A stretch of DNA of 64,000 bases from Thermoleophilaceae bacterium (GTDB lineage Bacteria > Actinomycetota > Thermoleophilia > Solirubrobacterales > Thermoleophilaceae). The translations under genes and the position numbers were made by a program. Positions within the stretch are counted from its first letter, which is position 1. Every line of letters starts with the position of its first letter. The notes under the pieces are model-generated. The model had not been told where the DNA came from. It saw only the letters and a program-made list of their open reading frames with translations, and did no database searches. The DNA lies in NCBI GenBank assembly GCA_035630015.1, contig DASQLM010000413.1, positions 47,519 to 111,518 on the forward strand, in the 5' to 3' direction. Positions 25,666 to 34,673 of this stretch are shown here, piece by piece.

Positions 25666-27174
25666 ATGTCAGGAAGGGGCAGGGCGACTCAAGACGTGCA
25701 AGGCGAATCCACACCTTCAGTGGTGGCGGGAATGCCACCCCTCACCGGGGTAGTCGACGAGCTGGCGCCGCCGGACCGGGCGCCCGCGACCCCCGAGGCC
25801 GGGGAGGGCGCTCGTCCGGCGCGGACGCTGAACCTCGATCACCGCTACCGGCGCGCGCTGGCGCTGGCCGACGTGCTGGCCTGCGCGTTCGCGGTCACGC
25901 TGTGCATCGGCCTGCTCGGCGCGGGCGACCAGGTCTCGGCCGGGGCGCTGGTATCGCTGCCGCTCGTGGTCGTGATCAGCAAGCTCCTGGGCCTGTACGA
26001 CCGTGACGAGCTCGTGCTGCGCAAGTCGACGCTCGAGGAGGCGCCGCGGCTCTTCCAGCTGGCCACGCTCTGCACGCTCGTCCTGTGGATAGCGGAGAGC
26101 CCGCTCAAGCTCGGTGAGCTCGGCGGGGACCAGGTCCTGGCGTTGTGGATCGTCCTCCTCCTGTCCCTGGTGGGCGCGCGGGTCGCGGCCCGCGGGCTGG
26201 CCCGGCGCAGCACGCCTGCCGAGCGCTGCCTCCTGCTGGGCGACCCGGAGGCGTGCGAGCGCGCCCGGCGCAAGATCGATGGGAGCGCGACGGTGAACGC
26301 CGAGGTCGTGGCCCAGATCACATCGGTGCGGATCGGCGAGACCGAGGTGCCGCTCGAGATGCTCGCCCAGCTGGCCGCCGACCACGAGATCCAGCGCGTG
26401 GTGATCGCGCCGCGCAGCACGGACCACGGCGACGTGCTCAACCTGGTCCGGGCGGTCAAGTCCATCGGCCTGAACGTGAGCGTGCTGCCCCGGCTGCTCG
26501 AGATCGTCGGGTCGTCCGTGGTCGTGGACGACATCGAGGGCCTGCGCGTCCTGGGCGTCGCGCGGTTCGGGCTGACGCGGTCCTCGCGCCTGGTCAAGCG
26601 CAGCCTGGACGTGGGCGGGTCATCCGTCGGGCTGCTGCTCCTGGCCCCGCTGCTGGTCGTCATCGCCGTGGCGGTCAAGATCGGCTCGCGCGGGCCCGTG
26701 CTGTTCCGCCAGCCCCGGATCGGCCGCGACGGGCAGACCTTCTCGGTGTACAAGTTCCGCACGATGGTCGTGGAGGCGGAGGACCTCAAGGAGGCCCTCC
26801 TGTCCCAGAACGAGGCGGAGGGCCTGTTCAAGATCGCCGACGACCCGCGCATCAACCGGGTCGGCCGGGTGCTGCGCCGCGCGTCCGTGGACGAGTTGCC
26901 CCAGCTGTTCAACGTGCTCAAGGGCGAGATGAGCCTGGTGGGGCCCCGCCCGCTGGTCCGCGAGGACGACTCGCAGATCGAGGGCTGGGACCGCCACCGC
27001 CTGCACCTGACGCCCGGGATGACCGGGCCGTGGCAGATACTGGGGCCCGCGCGGCTGCCCCTGAACGAGATGGTCAAGCTGGACTATCTCTACGTGGCCA
27101 CCTGGTCGCTGTGGGGCGACATAAAGATCCTGGTGCGCACGTTCGCGTTCGTGCTGGGCCGCCAGGGCCTCTGA
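25666..27174 (+). CDS. Large polyprenyl-phosphate glycosyl-1-phosphate transferase (WbaP/CpsE type), copy 2
   Basis: 502 aa with the same architecture as 14079..15635. Contains YRRALALADVL, KLLGLYDRDELVLRKSTLEEAP, LFRQPRIGRDGQTFSVYKFRTM and DELPQLFNVLKGEMSLVGPRP. An alternative ATG at 25732 is possible. Confidence 0.9.
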   Translation: MSGRGRATQDVQGESTPSVVAGMPPLTGVVDELAPPDRAPATPEAGEGARPARTLNLDHRYRRALALADVLACAFAVTLCIGLLGAGDQVSAGALVSLPLVVVISKLLGLYDRDELVLRKSTLEEAPRLFQLATLCTLVLWIAESPLKLGELGGDQVLALWIVLLLSLVGARVAARGLARRSTPAERCLLLGDPEACERARRKIDGSATVNAEVVAQITSVRIGETEVPLEMLAQLAADHEIQRVVIAPRSTDHGDVLNLVRAVKSIGLNVSVLPRLLEIVGSSVVVDDIEGLRVLGVARFGLTRSSRLVKRSLDVGGSSVGLLLLAPLLVVIAVAVKIGSRGPVLFRQPRIGRDGQTFSVYKFRTMVVEAEDLKEALLSQNEAEGLFKIADDPRINRVGRVLRRASVDELPQLFNVLKGEMSLVGPRPLVREDDSQIEGWDRHRLHLTPGMTGPWQILGPARLPLNEMVKLDYLYVATWSLWGDIKILVRTFAFVLGRQGL

Positions 27175-27181
27175 GGCGCGC

Positions 27182-28306
27182 TCAGCGAGAGCAGGGCGCG
27201 CGGCGGCAGAGCTGCATCGGCAGCAACTGGAGGCGGTCCCACGGGAACCCGGCGAGCACGCGCGATGCGCTCGAGCGCCCGAACAGCCCGCCGACGCCGG
27301 TGTAGGGCGACCCGCCGGTCGGCGGGGACTCGAGGAAGAACTGGGCGGACACGCGGGTGCGATCGCGGACGATCATGCCGTGGCGCTGGGCGGCCTCGGC
27401 CAGCATGCGGGCCACGGGGTGGAGCCCCAGCGCGGCCACGTTCAGGCCGGGATCCAGCCGCAGGTGGGCGCCGAGGGGGAGGCAGTCGGGGCGGCTCGAC
27501 GTACCGTCGGTGCGCTGGGCCGGCCACGCGAAGACGCCACGGCACGGGTCGGGGACGGCCATCGCCAGCGCGTGGTCGATGCGGCCCCGGCGCAGCTCCT
27601 CGACCGTCACCGTGCCGGCGGCCACCGGGAGGCTGCTGGCGGTGGAACCCCACGTCCATCCGTCCTTGCCGGACAGCCCGGGCCAGGCGTTGCCCGTGTA
27701 GTACCCGGGGTTGCGCGACGCGCGTCGCATCACGCCGCCCCAGCTGGCGTGCCAGCCGTCGGCCCGGCGGTGGGCCCGCCAGAACTCCCAGAGGGTGTCG
27801 GTCGCGGGCTGGTAGACGCTCAGGTGCCCGTCGGATCCCACGGCCTGAGCGGCGCCGTCCGGGATCGGCACACCACCCGCCAGGGCCTTCCTGAGGGCGT
27901 TGCCCCACGAACCGGTCTTCAACGTGACACGCACCCGTGGAGTCAGCGCGGGCACGCGGTAGATGGGTGTGCTGAAGGTCCCCGCGGCCAGGTTGGGAGG
28001 GCCCCCGCCCAGCGCCGCCGGCAGCGCTCGCCGGAGCCGGATCAGATCGGTCAGGGCCTGCACCCGCGCGCCCGAGGTCGGGTCCAGTCCGGCGCCTTGG
28101 GGAAGCGTCCGGTTCCAGACGCTGTCGGCCGCGAACATCCGGCTGCGAGCAGGGCGGGGGCCGTCGGCCGGGCCTCTGACCTTCTCCGGCAGGGCCTTCC
28201 AGCTCTCGCGCTTGGCGGCATGCGCAGGGGCGGGAGTCGCGACCGCAGCCGCGGTAACGACGAGCGCGAGCAGCCAGGGTGAGAAGCGGGGCAGGAGGGC
28301 GGGCAC
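27182..28306 (-). CDS. Secreted protein of unknown family, paralog B
   Basis: 374 aa with a GTG start. The signal peptide is PALLPRFSPWLLALVVTAAAVATPAPAHA/AK. It shares a 29-aa identical run, VYQPATDTLWEFWRAHRRADGWHASWGGV, with paralog C. Confidence 0.75.
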   Translation of the reverse strand: MPALLPRFSPWLLALVVTAAAVATPAPAHAAKRESWKALPEKVRGPADGPRPARSRMFAADSVWNRTLPQGAGLDPTSGARVQALTDLIRLRRALPAALGGGPPNLAAGTFSTPIYRVPALTPRVRVTLKTGSWGNALRKALAGGVPIPDGAAQAVGSDGHLSVYQPATDTLWEFWRAHRRADGWHASWGGVMRRASRNPGYYTGNAWPGLSGKDGWTWGSTASSLPVAAGTVTVEELRRGRIDHALAMAVPDPCRGVFAWPAQRTDGTSSRPDCLPLGAHLRLDPGLNVAALGLHPVARMLAEAAQRHGMIVRDRTRVSAQFFLESPPTGGSPYTGVGGLFGRSSASRVLAGFPWDRLQLLPMQLCRRAPCSR

Positions 28307-28321
28307 GGCCGTAGCGCGAAC

Positions 28322-29380
28322 CTACCGCAGGGAGCGGCGTCCGGGGGAAGGTGCGCAGGGGGAGCTGCTGCACAGATGCAGGGGCAGCAGCTGGAGCCGG
28401 TCGAACGGGAACCGGGCCAGCATCCGCCAGGAGGGGACGCCGCGGTAGAGCCCCCGCGCGCCCGTGTAGGGAGAGCGGGTCCGGGGCGAGGGCGCCTCCA
28501 GGTAGAACGCCAGTGAGCCACCCGTCCTGTCACGCACGATCATCCCGTGGCGCTGTGCGGCCTCGGCCAGGATGCGGGTGACGCGAGGAAGCCGGAGCCG
28601 GTCCAGGTTCACCCGAGGGTCCAGCCGCAGGCGAGCGCCGGCCGGGATGCAGTTGCGTTTCGAGGACGTCCCGTCGGTCCGCTGGGCTGGCCATGAGAAG
28701 ACCTTGCGGCAGGGGTTGGCCACGGCGACGGCCAGCGCGTGGTCCACCCGGCCGCGACGCAGTTCCGCGCGCGTCACCGTGCCGGCGGCCACCGGGAGGC
28801 TGGTGGCGGTGGAGCCCCAGTTCCAGCCGTTGGTGCCGGACAGCCCCGGCCAGGCGCCGGCGGTGTAGTAGCCGGGGTTGCGTGAGACGCCGCGGATCAC
28901 GCCGCCCCAGCTGGCGTGCCAGCCGTCGGCCCGGCGGTGGGCCCGCCAGAACTCCCACAACGTGTCGGTCGCGGGCTGGTAGACCGTCATGTGGCCGTCG
29001 GATCCACTGGCCGCCGCGGCCGCTTCCGGGATCGGCACACCACCGGCCAGGGCCGCCCGCAGGGGGTCGCCCCAGCGGCCGGTGTCCAGGGTGAGGCGGA
29101 CCCGCCGTGCGTTGGCCGGGACGCGGTAGAGAGGGGTGCTGTAGCGGTTGGCCTGGATGTTCGGGTACAGGTTCCGCCGCGCGATCGTGCCCCGGATCTC
29201 GCCGGTCAGCGCCCGTACGCGCTGCCGTGAGGTGGGGTCGAGCGGAGTATTCGCCGAGAGGCGCGCGTTCCAGATGCTGTCGGCCGCGAACAGCCGGTCC
29301 GCGGGGGCGGCATCGGCGGCTTGGGGCGCGGCCACGCAGACCAGCGCCAGCGCCAGGGCGGCGCGGCGAAACGACCGCAT
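28322..29380 (-). CDS. Secreted protein of unknown family, paralog C
   Basis: ORF 28322..29401. The ATG at 29380 gives a typical signal peptide, MRSFRRAALALALVCVAAPQAADA. It carries the same conserved blocks as paralogs A and B. Confidence 0.75.
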   Translation of the reverse strand: MRSFRRAALALALVCVAAPQAADAAPADRLFAADSIWNARLSANTPLDPTSRQRVRALTGEIRGTIARRNLYPNIQANRYSTPLYRVPANARRVRLTLDTGRWGDPLRAALAGGVPIPEAAAAASGSDGHMTVYQPATDTLWEFWRAHRRADGWHASWGGVIRGVSRNPGYYTAGAWPGLSGTNGWNWGSTATSLPVAAGTVTRAELRRGRVDHALAVAVANPCRKVFSWPAQRTDGTSSKRNCIPAGARLRLDPRVNLDRLRLPRVTRILAEAAQRHGMIVRDRTGGSLAFYLEAPSPRTRSPYTGARGLYRGVPSWRMLARFPFDRLQLLPLHLCSSSPCAPSPGRRSLR

Positions 29381-29487
29381 GTGGGAGCGGGGACGGGACA
29401 CTCGTGTCCCATCGGCCGGTAGGCGCCCGCCCTCCAGCCCGGCCGCCCGCGTTTGGACGCCTGTCCACCGGGCCGGCCAGGCGGGTT

Positions 29488-30261
29488 ATGGTGCGCCCGG
29501 TGAGCGGGCTGCACGTGGTCATCCTGGCTGCCGGGAAGGGGAGCCGGCTCGGCGCCCTTGCGGCCGACCGGCCCAAGTGGCTGCTCGACGTCGGCGGCAG
29601 CCCGATCGCCGATCGGCAGATGGCGGCGGTGGCCGGCGCCCGCGAGCGCGACGCGGCCTCCCTGGCCTCGGTGCGTGTGGTGACCGGGCACGCCGACTCG
29701 GCGGTGGCGGCCTACCTGGGCGCCGAGGACGATGTCCAGCTGGTGCACAACCCCCGCTACGCCGATCTGAACAACTGGTACTCGGTGCTGGTGGCGCTGC
29801 GTTCCATCCCCGACGCCGGCGGCGGCGTGGCGGTGATCAACAGCGACCTGTTCGCCCCGGGCCCGTGGATCCAGGCCTTCCTCGAGTCGGCCGCGTCCAC
29901 CGAACACGAGGCGCTGATCGCGGTCGACATGGAACGGCAGCTGACCGACGAGTCGATGAAGGTCTCCGCCTCGGGGGGCGAGCTGGAGGCCATCGGGAAG
30001 GTGGGGATCGAGGACCCGGTCGGCGAGTACGTGGGCATGCTGATGGCCCGAGGCGGGGCGCTGGCCCGCTTTCGCGAGACGCTCGAGGGGTTCGAGGGCG
30101 TGGCCGAGCACGCGGACGAGTGGTACGAGCGGGGGGTGGGGCTGACCGCCGCCGAGGGAGTGCCCTGGACGGTCTGGCCCACGCTGGACACCGGCTGGGT
30201 CGAGATCGACGACGACGGCGACCACGCCGCCGCCGAGCGGCTGGCCGCCGCGGAGGCCTGA
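29488..30261 (+). CDS. Sugar- or polyol-phosphate nucleotidyltransferase (NTP_transf_3 / LicC / IPCT-like). Candidate CTP:glycerol-phosphate cytidylyltransferase.
   Basis: Distal part of ORF 29107..30261, from the ATG at 29488. Contains HVVILAAGKGSRLG ... KWLL ... NWYSVL ... AVINSDL ... WVEIDD. Substrate is inferred from the neighbouring genes only. Confidence 0.7.
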   Translation: MVRPVSGLHVVILAAGKGSRLGALAADRPKWLLDVGGSPIADRQMAAVAGARERDAASLASVRVVTGHADSAVAAYLGAEDDVQLVHNPRYADLNNWYSVLVALRSIPDAGGGVAVINSDLFAPGPWIQAFLESAASTEHEALIAVDMERQLTDESMKVSASGGELEAIGKVGIEDPVGEYVGMLMARGGALARFRETLEGFEGVAEHADEWYERGVGLTAAEGVPWTVWPTLDTGWVEIDDDGDHAAAERLAAAEA

Positions 30262-30264
30262 CCG

Positions 30265-31320
30265 GTGCGGGAGCGCACCATCGCCATCCCCCGCCTGCTC
30301 AACGTGGGCGCGGGGTGCCTGTCGGCGCTGGAGCCGCTGCTGCGCGAGGCCGCCTTCGACCTGCACGCGGTCTGCGTGGGGGCGGGGGAGGGTCCCTCGG
30401 TGCAGTTCGCGGACGCCGCCGTCGAGGGACTTCGCGGAGCGGGGATCGAGCCACTGGAGGTCCACGGGCTGTCGGGCCGGCTTGATCAGGCCGCGGAGCT
30501 GGCCGCCCGGGTGATCGAGGACGGCGTAACCCTGCTGGTGGCGGTCGGCGGCGGGCGCGTGATCGACACCGTCAAGCTGGCGGCCGCGCGGACGGGCACG
30601 GACCTGGTCAGCGTCCCCACGGCGATCTCCCACGACGGCATCAGCTCGCCGGTGGCGTCGCTGGTGCCCAAGGACGGCCCGCGCCAGTCCTACGCCGCGG
30701 CGATGCCCGGCGGCATCATCGTCGACATCGACGTGATCGGATCGGCGCCGCCGCGCACGCTGCGCGCCGGGGTCGGCGACCTGGTCAGCAACCTGACCGC
30801 GCTCATGGACTGGCGGCGCGCGGACGCCCTCGGGCACGACCGCTACGACGCCTTCTCGGCCATGATCGCTGAGCACGCGGCCCGGCCGGTGCTGGACATC
30901 GAGGAGCTCTCCACGGCCGCCAGCCACGAGCTCGTGGCGAAGGGGCTGCTGATGAGCGGGCTCGCGATGGCGGCGGCCGGTACCAGCCGGCCGTGCTCGG
31001 GCGCGGAGCACCTGATCAGCCACGGACTTGACGAGCGTCTGGGCGACCGGGCGGCCATGCACGGCGAGCAGGTGGCCCTGGGCACGCTGGTGGCCGCCGA
31101 GGCGCACGGCTCGCCGATGCGGGCGACGCTCGTGGAGTTCTTCGACCGCCTGGAGCTGCCGTGCCGGCCCGGCCAGCTGGGCATCGGCGACGCTGAGTTG
31201 GAGGACGCGATCCTGGGCGCTCCCGCAACCCGCCCGGACCGCTACACGATCCTGACCGACGTGCTGGAACAGGACGGCGACGTGCCCGCGCTGCTCGAGC
31301 GCGCGTTCGCGAAGGGCTAG
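30265..31320 (+). CDS. Iron/zinc-dependent alcohol dehydrogenase superfamily, sn-glycerol-1-phosphate dehydrogenase-like (EgsA/AraM type)
   Basis: 351 aa with a GTG start. Contains LLVAVGGGRVIDTVKLAA, VPTAISHDGISSP, GVGDLVSNLTALMDW, SGAEHLISHGLD and HGEQVALGT. The D/H/H metal-ligand pattern and spacing match G1P dehydrogenases as I recall them. Confidence 0.65.
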   Translation: MRERTIAIPRLLNVGAGCLSALEPLLREAAFDLHAVCVGAGEGPSVQFADAAVEGLRGAGIEPLEVHGLSGRLDQAAELAARVIEDGVTLLVAVGGGRVIDTVKLAAARTGTDLVSVPTAISHDGISSPVASLVPKDGPRQSYAAAMPGGIIVDIDVIGSAPPRTLRAGVGDLVSNLTALMDWRRADALGHDRYDAFSAMIAEHAARPVLDIEELSTAASHELVAKGLLMSGLAMAAAGTSRPCSGAEHLISHGLDERLGDRAAMHGEQVALGTLVAAEAHGSPMRATLVEFFDRLELPCRPGQLGIGDAELEDAILGAPATRPDRYTILTDVLEQDGDVPALLERAFAKG

Positions 31321-31325
31321 GCCGG

Positions 31326-32441
31326 ATGGGGTTGCTCGCCCGGGTGCCCGGGCTCAGGCAGGTCCCGCAGGTGCTCGGCCCCGTGCTGGACGACGTGATC
31401 CTGTTCGAGAGCTGGCGTGGGCAGTACTCGGACAATCCGCGGGCGATCTCGGAGGAGCTGCACGGGCGCGGCACGCACCACCGCCATGTCTGGGTGATCG
31501 ACCCGGCTCTGGCCCCCGGGGTGCCGGACTGGGTGGAGACCGTCACCCCGGGCAGCCGCGGGCACCTGGCGATGATGGGGCGCGCCGGCCACCTGGTCAC
31601 GAACACGACGGTGCTCGGGTTCCACCACAAGCGCCCGGGCACCCGCCTCATGCAGACCTGGCACGGCACGCCGCTCAAGCGCATCGGCTTCGGGATCCCG
31701 CGTGACGGCTCCCGCGCGGCGCGCCAGGCGGTGGACACCCTGCGCCACAACGTGAAGCGGTGGGACCTGCTCCTGTCGCCGAACCGGTTCAGCACGCCGA
31801 TCTTCCGCGAGGCGTTCGAGTACGAGGGGCCGATCGAGGAGACCGGCTACCCCCGCAACGACCTGCTGGTGGGCCCTCACGGCGACGCGGTGCGCGAGCG
31901 GACCCGATCGGCGCTCGGCATCGCCCCCGGCCAGCGGGTGGTCCTGTACGCGCCGACCTTCCGCGACTCGGTGCAGTTCGCGCTCGAGCCGCAGGTCGAC
32001 CGGCTGGCCCAGGAGCTGGGCGAGTCGCACGTGGTGCTGCTGCGCACCCACAAGGTCGATGCCGGGGTCGCGCGCACGGGCCGCTTCGTCGACGTGTCCG
32101 CCTACCCCGACAACCGCGAGCTCTACCTGGCGGCCGACGTGCTGGTCACCGACTACTCCTCGGTCATGTTCGACTTCGCGGTCACGGGCAAGCCGATGGT
32201 GTTCTTCACCTACGACCTGGCCGACTACCGCGACCGCGCGCGCGGCTTCTATTTCGACCTCGAGGCGGAGGCGCCGGGGCCGCTCGTGGCGACGGCCGAG
32301 GAGCTCGCCGAGGCGGTTGCCGGGGCCGACGCGGATGCGCCCCGCCTCCGGGAGGCCTATCAGTGCTTTGCCGAGCGCTTCTGCCACCTGGAGGACGGGC
32401 GGGCGTCGGCCCGCGTGGTCAACCTGCTGCTGGCGGGCTAG
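31326..32441 (+). CDS. CDP-glycerol glycerophosphotransferase family protein (TagF/TagB-like), copy 1
   Basis: 371 aa containing FESWRGQYSDNPRAI, WHGTPLKRIGF, GYPRNDLL, VLYAPTFRD, DVLVTDYSSVMFDFAVTGKPMVFF and RGFYFD. Confidence 0.85.
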   Translation: MGLLARVPGLRQVPQVLGPVLDDVILFESWRGQYSDNPRAISEELHGRGTHHRHVWVIDPALAPGVPDWVETVTPGSRGHLAMMGRAGHLVTNTTVLGFHHKRPGTRLMQTWHGTPLKRIGFGIPRDGSRAARQAVDTLRHNVKRWDLLLSPNRFSTPIFREAFEYEGPIEETGYPRNDLLVGPHGDAVRERTRSALGIAPGQRVVLYAPTFRDSVQFALEPQVDRLAQELGESHVVLLRTHKVDAGVARTGRFVDVSAYPDNRELYLAADVLVTDYSSVMFDFAVTGKPMVFFTYDLADYRDRARGFYFDLEAEAPGPLVATAEELAEAVAGADADAPRLREAYQCFAERFCHLEDGRASARVVNLLLAG

Positions 32442-33136
32442 GCGGCCCTACGGCAGACGTACAGGTCGTTGCGGAGCGGGTCCGGGCGCGGTACGAGGCC
32501 GTAGCGCTCGATCGAACCGTCGGGTAGGTCGTAGGCGTACTCGGAGACCGTGACCTCGAAGCCGGCGCCCCCGAGCCGGTCGACCAGGTCGCGGCCGTAG
32601 ACGCGTACGTGGTCGTCCTGCGAGAACAGCCTCAGGCGCTCGGCCGGGTCGGTTACGGACGGGTCCTCGAAGGTGGTGGCCATGTCGTAGTTCACCGGCG
32701 TCTGGACCACCACGGTCCCACCGTCGGCCAGCACGCGGCCCATCTCGGACATCGCCGCGGCGTCGTCGGCGACGTGCTCGAGGACGTGGCTGCACAGGAC
32801 CAGGTCGAAGCGGCCGTCCTCGAACGGGAGATCCGTGATGTCGGCCTTCACCTCGGCCCGTGGGCTGAACAGGTCGGCCGACACGTATTCCCCGGCGGCG
32901 TCGCGGAGGGGCCGCTCGAGCGCGATCTCGGGCGCGAAGTGCAGCACCCGCAGGGCACCCTCCGGTAGTGGGGTCTCGGCGTTCAGGTAGAGCCAGAGCA
33001 CCCGGTGGCGCGGGCGCGATCCGCACTTCGGACAGTCCGCGCTGAAGGGCCGCGAGGCAACCGTCTTGAAGCGCCGGAAGCGGCCGCCGCAGCACGGGCA
33101 CTCGTATTTCCGCCCCCAAGACCGCAGGTGGCCCAT
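32438..33136 (-). CDS. Class I SAM methyltransferase with an N-terminal zinc-ribbon, paralog of 21374..22030
   Basis: ORF 32438..33217, with the ATG at 33136 preferred (MGHLRSWGRKYECPCCGG ... CPKCGSRPRHR). Contains DITDLPFEDGRFDLVLCSHVLEHVADD and SQDDHVRVYG. Confidence 0.75.
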   Translation of the reverse strand: MGHLRSWGRKYECPCCGGRFRRFKTVASRPFSADCPKCGSRPRHRVLWLYLNAETPLPEGALRVLHFAPEIALERPLRDAAGEYVSADLFSPRAEVKADITDLPFEDGRFDLVLCSHVLEHVADDAAAMSEMGRVLADGGTVVVQTPVNYDMATTFEDPSVTDPAERLRLFSQDDHVRVYGRDLVDRLGGAGFEVTVSEYAYDLPDGSIERYGLVPRPDPLRNDLYVCRRAA

Positions 33137-33140
33137 CCGG

Positions 33141-33863
33141 TCAGGCAGGGCGCTCGAGTCGCACGACGCAGTACTGGGTGCCCTCGCCCACCACGTGGGC
33201 GACCTCCAGGCCGGCATCGCTCGCGGCTTGCCTCAGGTCGGGCATCGACACGGCGGAGCCGAGCCAGTTCGGGTTGCCCAGGCCACTCGCGCCCTTGTGG
33301 TTGCCGCGCCCGGCGCGCCACCACATCCGCGCCCGCCGGAGCGGGGAGGGGGAGTGCACCGCGGGATCGGTGGACACCTGGAATGCGCTCCAGCCTCCGG
33401 GACGCAGGATGCGGCCCATCTCGCGAACGTATCCGAGCGTGATGGCGGCCTCGGGCACGTGCTGGAAGACCACGTGCGACACGCAGGCGTCGGCAGAGCT
33501 GGAGTCGATGCCCGCGAGCGAGGTGCCGTCCCCGTGCAGCCAGGTCACTCCCTCCAGGGAGGGGTTGAGCTCACGGGCCTGCTGGAGCATCTCGGCCGAC
33601 ACGTCAAGGGCTCGGACGGTGGCGGCACGCGCGGCGAGCCCGCGTGTCAGGCGTCCGAGCCCGCAGCCGATCTCCACCACGTCATCGCCCGGCCCGACTG
33701 CGGCCCCGGCCATGTTCAGCAGCGTGGCCAGGTCCTCCTCGCCCTGGGCCCAGAAGCGGTCGGTGTCGGGGTTCTCGAAGTCCAGCCGGCTGTCGACGAA
33801 GAAGTACGCGTTCTCCTTGGCGCGCTCGTCCCAGAAGCTCGCCATCTCGTCCCCGGTGCCCAT
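33141..33863 (-). CDS. Class I SAM-dependent methyltransferase
   Basis: 240 aa containing VVEIGCGLGRLTRGL (motif I), ALDVSAEML, ADACVSHVVFQHV and LRPGGW. Confidence 0.8.
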   Translation of the reverse strand: MGTGDEMASFWDERAKENAYFFVDSRLDFENPDTDRFWAQGEEDLATLLNMAGAAVGPGDDVVEIGCGLGRLTRGLAARAATVRALDVSAEMLQQARELNPSLEGVTWLHGDGTSLAGIDSSSADACVSHVVFQHVPEAAITLGYVREMGRILRPGGWSAFQVSTDPAVHSPSPLRRARMWWRAGRGNHKGASGLGNPNWLGSAVSMPDLRQAASDAGLEVAHVVGEGTQYCVVRLERPA

Positions 33864-33910
33864 GCGTGGGTCGATGGTACGTGTTGCATCGCCCCCGGGG
33901 TCGCGGGCTT

Positions 33911-33916
33911 TAGGCT
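33911..33916 (+). promoter_or_regulatory. Candidate -10 hexamer TAGGCT, 9 nt upstream of the ATG at 33926
   Basis: A TANNNT pattern inside a 62-bp divergent gap. The opposite strand has TACCAT (33874-33879) 10 nt before the minus-strand ATG at 33863. Confidence 0.3.
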
Positions 33917-33925
33917 GCGCCGTTC

Positions 33926-34651
33926 ATGCCCTACGAGCCCCGTACCTACTGGAGCAAGCGCCTTGATGAGCACTTCTCGCTCCAGGGCGTGGGCCACGTG
34001 GCGTACACCGACGGGTACAACCGCTGGCTCTACCGGGCCAAGCGCGATGCACTCGACAAGGCGCTGGCGGGCGTCGGTCAGGGTCCCGACGCCCTGGACG
34101 TCGGCTCCGGCGTCGGCTGGGTCGTGGCCGAGCTGCGCGCCCGCGGGCTCCACGTGCAGGGCTGCGACATCACCGACGTCGCGGTGGAGCGGCTGACCGA
34201 GCGCTTCCCCGACTCGCGCTTCTTCCAGGCCTCGGTGGGAGAGCGGCCGCTGCCGTGCGAGGACGACAGCTTCGACGTGATCACGATGATGGACGTGGCG
34301 TACCACATCACCGACGACGCGCTTTGGAAGGCGGCAGTGGCGGACCTGGGCCGGGTGCTCAGGCCCGGCGGGCGCCTGGTGGTCACCGACGGGATGCGCG
34401 ACGAGCCGGCCAACCCGGCGAGCCACGTCCGGTTTCGCACGCGCGCGCAGTGGACGGAGGCCGCGCGGCCCGCGGGGATGGAGATGCTCGGACAGGGATC
34501 CCTGTACCGCTGGCTGTCGCGCGACCGTGGCCTGCGTGGGTGGCGCCGGCTTCCCGACGGGCCGCGGGGCGCGGTGGAGTACGCGCTCGAGCGGTTGCAC
34601 GCCGGGTCGCCCCACATGTCATGGGCCAGCCTGGAGAAGCAGCCCGCCTGA
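33926..34651 (+). CDS. Class I SAM-dependent methyltransferase
   Basis: 241 aa containing ALDVGSGVGWVVAEL, FDVITMMDVAYHI and LRPGGRLVVTD. Confidence 0.8.
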   Translation: MPYEPRTYWSKRLDEHFSLQGVGHVAYTDGYNRWLYRAKRDALDKALAGVGQGPDALDVGSGVGWVVAELRARGLHVQGCDITDVAVERLTERFPDSRFFQASVGERPLPCEDDSFDVITMMDVAYHITDDALWKAAVADLGRVLRPGGRLVVTDGMRDEPANPASHVRFRTRAQWTEAARPAGMEMLGQGSLYRWLSRDRGLRGWRRLPDGPRGAVEYALERLHAGSPHMSWASLEKQPA

Positions 34652-34673
34652 GGCCATCCAGGGTCGCGCAGCC

